Below, piece by piece: positions 28,042 through 36,493 of a DNA stretch of 64,000 nt. Below the pieces are notes generated by a model. The model saw only the letters and a list, made by a program, of their open reading frames with translations, had not been told where the DNA came from and searched no databases. The DNA comes from Verrucomicrobiales bacterium (lineage in GTDB: Bacteria > Verrucomicrobiota > Verrucomicrobiia > Limisphaerales > Palsa-1400), in the NCBI GenBank assembly GCA_003140095.1, contig PLIU01000248.1, forward strand, positions 2,304 through 66,303, in the 5' to 3' direction. Made by a program: the position numbers and the translations under genes. Within the stretch, counting starts at the first letter, position 1. Each line of letters begins with the position of its first letter.

Positions 28042-30588
28042 TCACCGGCCGAGCGACGCACGACCGCCTTGCGCGGCTTGCGCCGCCTTCAATTCCGCCT
28101 CGCGCACCTGCACTTCGGCTTGGGCGGCTTCGGCTTCTGAGCTGGGAACCGCGCCTATCTTCATCAACTGCGAGACGCGCCGCAAAGCATGCTGCGCCGC
28201 CGCCAGCCTCGCTTGAGCGACGCGCACATCGTCTCCCTCGAGTTCGGCCTTCAGTACGTCCACTTTGTCCTGCGCCGCTTCGAGATGAGCCGTGGGAATC
28301 AGACTCACCTCGCTCATTTGTTTAAAACTGGCAACTAGGTCTTCGGCCTGGGTGAGTTGGACACGAAGCACATCCGGGTTGCGTCCTATCGTCAGGATTC
28401 CGACGGCGGAACTGGTTTTGGGTGCGTCGCCGTTTTGCACCAACTTGTAGCGAATCTTCACGCTGGGCGGGTTGTTCGTGAAGCCGGTGACTTGCAAGAG
28501 TCCCTCGACTCCGTCACGCGTCGAAAATGCAATGGGGTGCATGAAATTGGTTACGCCAAGCCACATTGCAAAAGGTTTATCTTTCAGGAAAAAGTCGGGC
28601 ACGTCGTTGGACTGGCCGTGAAATTGCGCCGCCTTGAGATCATTCCAAATATTAGTCACACCCACCAATGAACCAACGAGAGGAGGCCTCTTGAGGGGCC
28701 AGCCGTGCCGAACGGAGTAGGCTTCCAATTCGGCCTTGGAGCGGAAGTCGGGAATCTGGCTTTGTGGAACTGTGTCGTACGGGAATGGGAATGTTCCTGT
28801 CTCAAAGGTCGAGATGCCAAGGGGCACATATTGCTTATCGGAGCTGAAACAGAAGCCGATGTCCACCCCGTTTTCCCTCACCCATTGCAGAAAGGCGGAG
28901 GGAGGCGTTGACTCATGCAAATCCCCAACCTCGACGAACGAATGGCGCAAGACCTCGCCGGTGCGCAAGACCAGGAAATCACACTCCTTCCCATCGATCA
29001 TTAAAGTCCGTTCGATTACAGGACCGAAGGACCTGGTTGAATGGAAAGTCATTCTGCTTTCTTCGGCGGCTTCGGCCTTGGTTCCAAAATACACGTCGGC
29101 GAAATTTGCCCCATCGGCATACATCGCCACATGCGGCAGACCAGGAACAAGGTGCGAACGGATCAAAGCAAAATCACCTCGTCCTTTGGCAATCTGCGTC
29201 TGCTGCTCGGCATCCTCAGTCACGCTTCGGTTGGTTGTTCGGTTGGTTGAAGTGATGTAAAGCGCGAGCGTTGCCTGATCATGGCTGGCCAGGTTGTAAT
29301 GGCCTTTGACAGCGATCCAGTCGGGAGATCGATCGACGGAGGTGATTGCAATCGAATCGCCATAGGGAAAGTCCGTTTGGCCAATGTAAAAGCGTCCTGT
29401 TCCTTCGGCGCTTTTGGAATGTTCCTCCTGAATTTGGTCGGGTCGAAGCAAACTTCCCATTCCGAGATAGCCGATGATCGCCCTATGCTCGGCAAAGATC
29501 AGGGCCAGCACCACCGCCCAAACGGCGCATAGTTTCCACAGATTCCTGCGTTTAAGCGAAAAAAGCCGAACGTGTTCTGATTTAATTTGAGCGTCCTCGA
29601 GTTGGCTGCTATTTGGGGCAGACGTTCCGGCAACCGTTTCCACCGCAGTCTTGATCTCGCTAGCTTGCTGGTAGCGGAGTTCTGGATTCTTCTCCAACGC
29701 GCGCAACACCACTTCATCAAGCCGAATGTCAATATGAACTTTCCTGGACGGCGCCTCGAGGCGTTGGCCGGGCAATTCGCCGGTGAGCATTTCGTAGAAG
29801 ACAACGCCGAGGGAATAAATGTCGGCGCGGCTATCCACATGCTGCGGATCCGTCTTCTGTTCGGGTGCGCTGTAGCCAGGCGTGCCAACGGTGCTTTGCG
29901 TGGCGTTTTCGGGCGCGGCGTATTCGCCGGTTTTACCGCCCCGCTCAACCGACCCCAGCATTTTGGCGATGCCGAAATCGGCGACCTTCACGCGGCCGTC
30001 TTTGTCGAGCAGCAGATTCTCCGGTTTGATGTCGCGGTGGACAATGCCCCGGTCGTGGGCGAATTGCAGCGCGTCGCACAGCGGCGGGACGATGGCCAGC
30101 GCCTCCTCCGGGGTGAACTTCCGCGCGCGCAAAAGCTGGCGAAGATTCACCCCGTCCACAAATTCCATCAACAGGAAATAGAATCCGCCCGCCTGTCCGA
30201 AATCATGAATTGTCACGATGTTCGGATGGTTCAAGGCCGCCAGCGCCTGCGCTTCGCCCGTGAAGCGCTCGGCGAATTTCCCGTCTCCCACACGCTCCGG
30301 CGCGAGGAGTTTGAGCGCCACGAAACGTTTCAGGGTCTTTTGCCGCGCCTTGTAAACGACGCCCATGCCGCCACGTCCGAGGCATTCGAGGATTTCAAGC
30401 TGCGGAAAGTGCGGCGCGAGTTCCTCCGGCGCAAGCGTTTTCTGCGCCGCGGCCGCCTCCGCGCCGGGCTGCGTCGGCGCCATTGCCTCGGCCATCAGAC
30501 AGCGCGGGCACAAGCCACCCGTTGCGGCCGAAGGCAGGGCCGAGCCGCACTTTGGGCAGGAGTTCGAAGCTGGAATTGATTCGTTCAT
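28042..30588 (-). CDS. Ser/Thr protein kinase with an N-terminal zinc-ribbon, one TM helix and a large extracytoplasmic C-terminal region ending in a coiled coil
   Basis: CPKCGSALPS...GLCPRCL, then GRGGMGVVYKA, VALK, HRDIKPENLL, DFGIAK and GTPGYSAPE. TM helix LCAVWAVVLALIFA. The C-terminal ~480 aa has no family I recognise. Confidence 0.9.
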   Translation of the reverse strand: MNESIPASNSCPKCGSALPSAATGGLCPRCLMAEAMAPTQPGAEAAAAQKTLAPEELAPHFPQLEILECLGRGGMGVVYKARQKTLKRFVALKLLAPERVGDGKFAERFTGEAQALAALNHPNIVTIHDFGQAGGFYFLLMEFVDGVNLRQLLRARKFTPEEALAIVPPLCDALQFAHDRGIVHRDIKPENLLLDKDGRVKVADFGIAKMLGSVERGGKTGEYAAPENATQSTVGTPGYSAPEQKTDPQHVDSRADIYSLGVVFYEMLTGELPGQRLEAPSRKVHIDIRLDEVVLRALEKNPELRYQQASEIKTAVETVAGTSAPNSSQLEDAQIKSEHVRLFSLKRRNLWKLCAVWAVVLALIFAEHRAIIGYLGMGSLLRPDQIQEEHSKSAEGTGRFYIGQTDFPYGDSIAITSVDRSPDWIAVKGHYNLASHDQATLALYITSTNRTTNRSVTEDAEQQTQIAKGRGDFALIRSHLVPGLPHVAMYADGANFADVYFGTKAEAAEESRMTFHSTRSFGPVIERTLMIDGKECDFLVLRTGEVLRHSFVEVGDLHESTPPSAFLQWVRENGVDIGFCFSSDKQYVPLGISTFETGTFPFPYDTVPQSQIPDFRSKAELEAYSVRHGWPLKRPPLVGSLVGVTNIWNDLKAAQFHGQSNDVPDFFLKDKPFAMWLGVTNFMHPIAFSTRDGVEGLLQVTGFTNNPPSVKIRYKLVQNGDAPKTSSAVGILTIGRNPDVLRVQLTQAEDLVASFKQMSEVSLIPTAHLEAAQDKVDVLKAELEGDDVRVAQARLAAAQHALRRVSQLMKIGAVPSSEAEAAQAEVQVREAELKAAQAAQGGRASLGR

Positions 30589-30635
30589 ACCATGTCCTGA
30601 CGCGAAGACTTGGTTAGGTTACCAAGATTCTTAAC

Positions 30636-31400
30636 TCAGCTTCCCAAGGCCGCGAACAAATCGCGCATCTCCGCCGCGACCAGAGCGGGGTTTTCAAGGG
30701 TGCCGGCCACTTCCGCCTTCAGCAACTGGCGAAAGCGGCGTTTCAATCGATGCACCGCGACCTTCAGCGCGTTGGCGTTCATGCCGCCACTGGAGGCCAG
30801 TGCGGTCTGATCGCCACGCGCGGCATCGCCAGTAAGCCACGGTTTGACTTGCTCGAAGAATTCCAGGCGACCGTCAGCGGCGCATTCGCTTCGGAGCGAT
30901 TCCAGCGCCCGCGCCACCACCGTCAGCGCCCATTGCCGGTCGAAGGCCGCGTCGGGCGACAACACGCCGGCATCGGCCACCGAGCGAGCCTCGCCGGCAT
31001 CGGTGTCATTGAGAGAAATATTTTCCACGCCGCCGCCGCGTTTCAATCGGCGCCCCGCCTCACGGTGATGTGACAGAAAGTGCTTCACGGCGCCGAGCAG
31101 ATACGAACGAAACCGCCCGCGCTCCTGCTCGGCGTGGGCGATGGCGCCGCCCGCCAGCATGTTTGCGAAGAAGTCATGCGCCAGTTCGCGCGCGGCATCC
31201 CCGTCCCGCAACTCGCAGCGGAGGAAGGCGGCCACCGGTTCATAGTAGGCGTGGCACAGTTCGGCCAGGGCACGGCGGCCCTCTGGAGAGTCGGCTTTCG
31301 CCCGGCTGACCTGCGTCCACCGTGTCGTCCGAAAATCCTCGACCGGCACTTCCGGCCGGGGCGGGTGCGGCGTCGGTTGTGTCGGCTCAGCGGTCATCAC
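30636..31400 (-). CDS. ECF-type sigma-70 family factor, directly upstream of and co-directional with the Ser/Thr kinase
   Basis: The region 2-like segment YYEPVAAFLRC...ARELAHDFFANML and the region 4-like segment MNANALKVAVHRLKRRFRQLL are separated by a long linker. It is 47 nt from the kinase start. Confidence 0.75.
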   Translation of the reverse strand: MMTAEPTQPTPHPPRPEVPVEDFRTTRWTQVSRAKADSPEGRRALAELCHAYYEPVAAFLRCELRDGDAARELAHDFFANMLAGGAIAHAEQERGRFRSYLLGAVKHFLSHHREAGRRLKRGGGVENISLNDTDAGEARSVADAGVLSPDAAFDRQWALTVVARALESLRSECAADGRLEFFEQVKPWLTGDAARGDQTALASSGGMNANALKVAVHRLKRRFRQLLKAEVAGTLENPALVAAEMRDLFAALGS

Positions 31401-31540
31401 AATTTGGATAGATCATGCCACCGTTGCCTGACGTTTTGGAAGGGAAAGGTTACGCGCCTTTCGGTCGCGGAATCGGGAGAACTGGCTCAAAGTTTTTGGC
31501 GGCTTTCCCCTGTTAGCGGGCTTATATTAGTGATTAGAAG

Positions 31541-32974
31541 ATGAATGACAGCCAGAAATTGCTCGCCGATTACGTTGCCAATGGCTCCGAACCGGCCTTT
31601 CGCGAACTGGTCACACGCTACGTGGACCTGGTGTGTGCCACGGCGAATCGGCTGGTCGGCGGGGATGCCGATCTGGCGCAGGACGTGGCCCAAACGGTTT
31701 TCGTGGATCTGGCGCGCAAGGCGCACACCCTTTCCCCCGATGTCATGTTGGGTGGATGGCTGCATCGCGACACCTGCTTTGCAGCGGCCCATCTGATGCG
31801 AGCCGAGAGGCGCCGCCAATCCCGTGAAAGACAAGCCGTGACCATGAATGACATCCAAGACCACTCGGCGGGCAACCTGGCCCGGGTCAGGCCGCTTCTT
31901 GACGAAGCCATCAATCAACTTGGGGCGGAGGATCGCGCGGTGATTTTGCTGCGCTTCTTTGAACAACGCAGTCTGGGCGCGGTGGGCGAAGCCTTGGGCA
32001 GCACGGAAAACGCCGCCCAGAAACGCCTCAGCCGCGCATTGGAAAAGTTGCGCGGTCTCCTCAAACATCGAGGCCTGGCTCTTTCCGCGGTTGCCTTGGG
32101 CACGGTGCTCGCGAGCGAAGCCGTCACGGCTGCCCCCGCGGGATTGGCCGTCAGCCTTTCCAGCGCTGCGCTCGTTACGGCGTCAGCGGGAACCGAAACC
32201 GCATGCACTGCCTTGAAATTTATGGCCGTCACAAAACTCAAAGTCGCTGTCGTCAGCGCCATCGTCATCGCCAGCGTGGTGACCCCACTGTTGGTTCAAC
32301 GCCAGGCACAAGCCAGAATGCGTGATCAGGATCAATTGTTACGTCAACACAAGGAGCAGTTGGCGCAACTCGCCGCTGAACACGATCGGCTTAAAACCGC
32401 GCAAGCGAATGATTCGGCTCAGAGAGCGCAGTTGGTGGAGTTGCTCCAACTGCGCGGGGAAGCAGAATTGCTTCGCAGCCAGGCCAAGGACGTGGACGCG
32501 CTCCGGGAGGAGAATCGCCGGCTGCGACCGCCCGCAACACCCTTGTCGTTGACGCCCTTGCAGCAAAGGGAACTTGGCTGGGCCAAATCGGAATCCGCGC
32601 AGGCTTGGGTGCGCGCCTTCATCTCGTTTGCCCAAGCCAACCAAGGCCGGCTTCCAGACAGTTTCGCGCAAGCCGAGTTTTATTGGCCCACCAATTTCCC
32701 TCAAGGGACCGGCGTGACGGCCGATGAGTTTGAAATCCTCTACCAAGGCACGCTCGATTCGCTCACCAACCTGGACCCAAATCTTGAAGTGGTTTTGTTC
32801 CGGGAAAAGAGCCTCTGGCCATTAGTCAACGGCGATGGCAGCGTGAAGATGGGTAGAATTGACGGTATGGCCGATGGCGTTGCCCAATATGGATCCGTTC
32901 CCGCTGGCACTCTCGACAATGGTTATTTTAGCGACTATGAAAATTCTCACATGGCTTCGCCAGACGGCCCATGA
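31541..32974 (+). CDS. ECF sigma factor fused to a membrane-spanning, coiled-coil C-terminal extension
   Basis: Sigma region 2: FRELVTRYVDLVCATANRLVGGDADLAQDVAQTVFVDLARK. Region 4: ILLRFFEQRSLGAVGEALGSTENAAQKRLSRALEKLR. These are followed by two hydrophobic segments and a coiled coil (477 aa total). Confidence 0.8.
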   Translation: MNDSQKLLADYVANGSEPAFRELVTRYVDLVCATANRLVGGDADLAQDVAQTVFVDLARKAHTLSPDVMLGGWLHRDTCFAAAHLMRAERRRQSRERQAVTMNDIQDHSAGNLARVRPLLDEAINQLGAEDRAVILLRFFEQRSLGAVGEALGSTENAAQKRLSRALEKLRGLLKHRGLALSAVALGTVLASEAVTAAPAGLAVSLSSAALVTASAGTETACTALKFMAVTKLKVAVVSAIVIASVVTPLLVQRQAQARMRDQDQLLRQHKEQLAQLAAEHDRLKTAQANDSAQRAQLVELLQLRGEAELLRSQAKDVDALREENRRLRPPATPLSLTPLQQRELGWAKSESAQAWVRAFISFAQANQGRLPDSFAQAEFYWPTNFPQGTGVTADEFEILYQGTLDSLTNLDPNLEVVLFREKSLWPLVNGDGSVKMGRIDGMADGVAQYGSVPAGTLDNGYFSDYENSHMASPDGP

Positions 32975-33738
32975 ATAGGAATGCGTTCAAATTCGGTCTC
33001 GTCGGGGCAATCGTGCTTGCCAGCCTGAGCTCGATTTTGCTCATTGAGCGTCACGCTCAATCGCATTGTCGCGAGCAGGAAGAGTTGTTGCTGGAGCAAG
33101 CTTGGAAAATGGCGGTGTTGACGGCGGAAAACCAAAGTCTGGCAGAAATAGTGGCTCAACAGACGAACTCTGTTCTTTCCCGGGATGAATTCAGGGAGTT
33201 GCTGAGGCTGCGGGGCGAGATCGGGCCACTGCGACAGAGCGCGCGCGAATTAGCGGCGCTCCAGTTGACCCATCGGGAATTGCTCGCGGCCATCAAAAAC
33301 CGGGAATTGCCCCAGGAGGAATCCGCCTTGGCGTATTGGCCGAAGGAGCAATTAACGCCGGCGGGCTACGCCGAGCCGGACTCAGCATTGCAAACGGCCC
33401 TCTGCGCCATGAGCCGGAATGATACCAACGCGCTACTGAAGAGCGTGACCTCCGAAACCGGGTCCACGCTTGCCAGCGGTAAATTTCCAGGCGACAGCGC
33501 TGCTGAGAGAATTTCAGCGGCGACCAAAATGGCGTGTGATTCATTGACGCCGGCCAGCGGATTCTACCTCGTCGGGCAAGAGTTGTATTCCCCGGATCAG
33601 GCGACACTGAATGTTTATTTCGAAGGCGAAAGCGCGACTCGCCAGTTCGTTCTAAAACAAATTGGCGGCGAGTGGAAACTCAATGGCATCTACCCGCCCG
33701 GACTGGACGTCGCCGGGGGACCAATGACTTGGCCCTGA
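32971..33738 (+). CDS. Hypothetical membrane-anchored protein, paralogous to the C-terminal extension of the preceding sigma fusion
   Basis: The ATG overlaps the upstream stop (ATGA). N-terminal TM FGLVGAIVLASLSSILLI. ELLRLRGEIGPLRQSARELAALQ parallels ELLQLRGEAELLRSQAKDVDALRE in the upstream protein. Confidence 0.6.
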   Translation: MNRNAFKFGLVGAIVLASLSSILLIERHAQSHCREQEELLLEQAWKMAVLTAENQSLAEIVAQQTNSVLSRDEFRELLRLRGEIGPLRQSARELAALQLTHRELLAAIKNRELPQEESALAYWPKEQLTPAGYAEPDSALQTALCAMSRNDTNALLKSVTSETGSTLASGKFPGDSAAERISAATKMACDSLTPASGFYLVGQELYSPDQATLNVYFEGESATRQFVLKQIGGEWKLNGIYPPGLDVAGGPMTWP

Positions 33739-33859
33739 TTGGTGTCAATAAGCGCTTTGAGAAATCGCCACGGCAACAGAATTGTCCAAAAAACCCCAAT
33801 CCGACCGTTGCAGTTTAGCTGGAAAACGGCCGGACCGCCTGTACAATGCGAAGCAAAAT

Positions 33860-34372
33860 ATGAAAACGAATAGTGGGAGCAAAAGCGAAGGAACGTCTTC
33901 GCTGGCCGAGGCCATTGCCGCGCATCGGTTCGTCGCGAAGATGAAACCCGAACATCTGAGCAGGTTGGTGGACGTGGCGATGTTCAAACAGTTCAAGGTG
34001 GATGAAATTATTTTCAGGGAAGGCGATCGGGCTAATCGCTTTTACCTGATTTGCCAGGGCAAAATCGCCCTGGAAACCTCCCGCGACAACGAAGCCGCCC
34101 CGCTGATTCAAATGCTCGGCGAAGACGAGGTGCTGGGCTGGTCTTGGCTTTTTCCACCTTATTACTGGCATTTTACCGCGCGCGCCGTTGAGCCGGCGAA
34201 GGCGATTTTCTTTTACGGCACCCGCCTGCGTGAAGAGTGTGACGACGACCCGGCTTTCGGTTATGATCTCATGAAACGCGTGGCCGCGGTTGTCATCAAG
34301 CGGCTGCAGATCTCCCGCGCGCAATCACTGCAATTGCAACTCGAAGCGAGCCGGAGAGTTTCGCCAAATTAG
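33860..34372 (+). CDS. Stand-alone cyclic-nucleotide-binding (cNMP/Crp-type effector) domain protein
   Basis: FKQFKVDEIIFREGDRANRFYLICQGKIALE...LGEDEVLGWSWL...RAVEPAKAIFF is a typical cNMP-binding beta-barrel. No HTH follows. The track start (TTG 33782) is the alternative. Confidence 0.75.
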   Translation: MKTNSGSKSEGTSSLAEAIAAHRFVAKMKPEHLSRLVDVAMFKQFKVDEIIFREGDRANRFYLICQGKIALETSRDNEAAPLIQMLGEDEVLGWSWLFPPYYWHFTARAVEPAKAIFFYGTRLREECDDDPAFGYDLMKRVAAVVIKRLQISRAQSLQLQLEASRRVSPN

Positions 34373-34375
34373 AAA

Positions 34376-35698
34376 CTACGGCTGCTTGTAAATCACACCG
34401 TCTTTCATGACGAAACGCACGTCCCGCAACGCCTGGATGTTCGTGGTGGGGTCGCCCGGGACGGCGATCAGGTCGGCCAGCATTCCCGCGCGGATTGCTC
34501 CCAACTTATCCTCCATTCGTACAATCCTGGCATTGGTTAACGTCGCCGCCAGAATGGCTTGGGTCGGGCTCATACCCCCTCGCACCATCCATTCCAACTC
34601 GCGATAGTTGGTGCCATGCGCAAAAACTCCGACATCACTGCCGGCGCCGATGGTGACTTTGTTATCCAACGCGAGTTTGAAAGCATGGAGCGCCGTCTGC
34701 ATTTCAGCAGTGGCCGCACTTACGCCGGGCTTGTAGCCATGAAAGTATTCGGCCATGGCCTCAACGGCGGTGAGCGTCGGCAGGTAACCCACCCCTTTGG
34801 CTGCCATTTGGCGGAAAACTTCCTCGGTCCCCCCGAAACCATGTTCGATGGTATCGACTCCAGCCTCGACGGCCCGCCGCATCCCTTCGGCGGTGGTGGC
34901 GTGGGCCGCCACTAGACGGCCGGCGGAATGGGATTCCTCCACCAAAGCCCGGAGCTCCTCGACGCTAAAGGTGGGGCCTTGCTTGCCCGCCGGGCCGCGG
35001 CCGTAATCGGCATAGACCTTGATCCAGTCCGCGCCCATGCCCGCCTGCTCACGCACCGCCTTCAGGATTTCGGGAATTCCCGAGACTTCCTGCGCCCCTT
35101 TGGGGAGAAAGACGTTCTCGGCATAGCCGCGGGGTCCGGGACCATAGCTGGCAGTGGCCACGATGGCCTTGGTGACCACCAGCAGGCGTGGACCGGGAAT
35201 CAGCCCCTCCTCGATCGCGCGCTTGATGGACAGGTCTGAATACCCGGCCCCTTCAGTGCCCAAATCGCGAAGCAAGGTGAAGCCGGCCAGCAGTGTATCC
35301 TTCACGTGCAAAACCGCTTCGACCGAACGATAGGCGACCGGCTCCTTGAGGACTTGGTCGTCCCAGGAGGCTTCGTTGTAAGGGTGGAGAAAAATATGCG
35401 AGTGAATGTCCATGAGGCCGGGGAGCAGGGTCATCTCGGCCAACGCAATAATCACCGCGTTGGCGGGTGCTTGAATCTGCGCGGCAGGACCGACCGCGGC
35501 GATCTGAGGGCCGGTCACCAGCACAGACCATCCGGCGTGCGTCTGGCCATTTGCCGTGTCGAAGACCAGGGCGGGGTTGAGCAGAAAGGACGCGGCCACA
35601 GCCTTGCGATCCGGCGTCCCTTCGGCCTCAGCCCCCGCCATGCATCCCGCCAGCAAAGCGAACAAAACGAAGTCGAGCCAAAAAATCTCCGCGTTCAC
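34376..35698 (-). CDS. Amidohydrolase-family metallo-hydrolase (imidazolonepropionase / Xaa-Pro dipeptidase-like), secreted
   Basis: [12 protein letters not shown] (HxH metal site), VAAHATT, DTIEHG and GAGSDVG...[11 protein letters not shown]-terminal hydrophobic signal [16 protein letters not shown]. Confidence 0.88.
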   Translation of the reverse strand: MNAEIFWLDFVLFALLAGCMAGAEAEGTPDRKAVAASFLLNPALVFDTANGQTHAGWSVLVTGPQIAAVGPAAQIQAPANAVIIALAEMTLLPGLMDIHSHIFLHPYNEASWDDQVLKEPVAYRSVEAVLHVKDTLLAGFTLLRDLGTEGAGYSDLSIKRAIEEGLIPGPRLLVVTKAIVATASYGPGPRGYAENVFLPKGAQEVSGIPEILKAVREQAGMGADWIKVYADYGRGPAGKQGPTFSVEELRALVEESHSAGRLVAAHATTAEGMRRAVEAGVDTIEHGFGGTEEVFRQMAAKGVGYLPTLTAVEAMAEYFHGYKPGVSAATAEMQTALHAFKLALDNKVTIGAGSDVGVFAHGTNYRELEWMVRGGMSPTQAILAATLTNARIVRMEDKLGAIRAGMLADLIAVPGDPTTNIQALRDVRFVMKDGVIYKQP

Positions 35699-35699
35699 G

Positions 35700-36365
35700 A
35701 TAACCGAGACTCGCCTTTCATGCCGACAATGTCAAGCGCACTGGGGCGCAAGGGCATCGTTCCAACTCCGGCAGACCCATGAACTCGGGCACGGCAGCCT
35801 TGACCTCTGAACCCTAGGCTGTATGTCGTTGCTCGGCGATTTCGCACAACGGCATCTGGGTCTCGACCAGGAGCTGCGCAATTTTGTCCACCTGCCGCCT
35901 CGTACCCGGCTTGCTCGAAATTGACCGCGACACTCGACAGGGGCGGGTCCGACAATCCGCAGACCACATCGTCATTGTCCACCCCGACGATGCCGATTTG
36001 CCCCGGCAGCGAGACGCCGGCCAACTTGCAAGCCTCCACCACTTGGCGGGCGCGGTCGTCGTTGCAAGCCATCAGACCCAGAGGTTTAGTCAACGATTGC
36101 AGCCATCGCGACATGGGGACGCGCTCTTGCAGCCAAGATGAACTTTCTGACGTTCGCGCAAGCGAAAAGTCGCAGCAATCAAAGCCGGCCTTCCGGATGC
36201 GATTAGAAAAGCTCTGTCGGCGGAGTTGAGAACACGACACATCCTTGCCGGCTTCCAGGACCAAGGGCCATGGTGATGAGCATAATTGGCAATCCCGCGC
36301 AACAAGGAGCGACCCGAGCCGCGCGATGAATCCACCAAAAGGAGAACTTTTGGGATTCTCGACAT
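35700..36365 (-). pseudogene. XylR-like (periplasmic-binding-fold + AraC HTH) transcriptional regulator, heavily degraded
   Basis: Recognisable pieces lie in different frames. These are [35 protein letters not shown] (from ATG 36365), [59 protein letters not shown], and an AraC-HTH piece VDKIAQLLVETQMPLCEIAEQ. The total is about half the normal length, and the 3' end abuts the amidohydrolase start. Confidence 0.65.
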
Positions 36366-36493
36366 AGATTGTTCTATGTCTAAATGCGCCTTCTGATCCC
36401 TAAACCCGACATGGAAGTCGGGCATCAGGCCGAAATCATCCGATCATAGCGAAGAGAATCAAGGTCGCCAGGGGACCCCATCCATGCCGTTTG

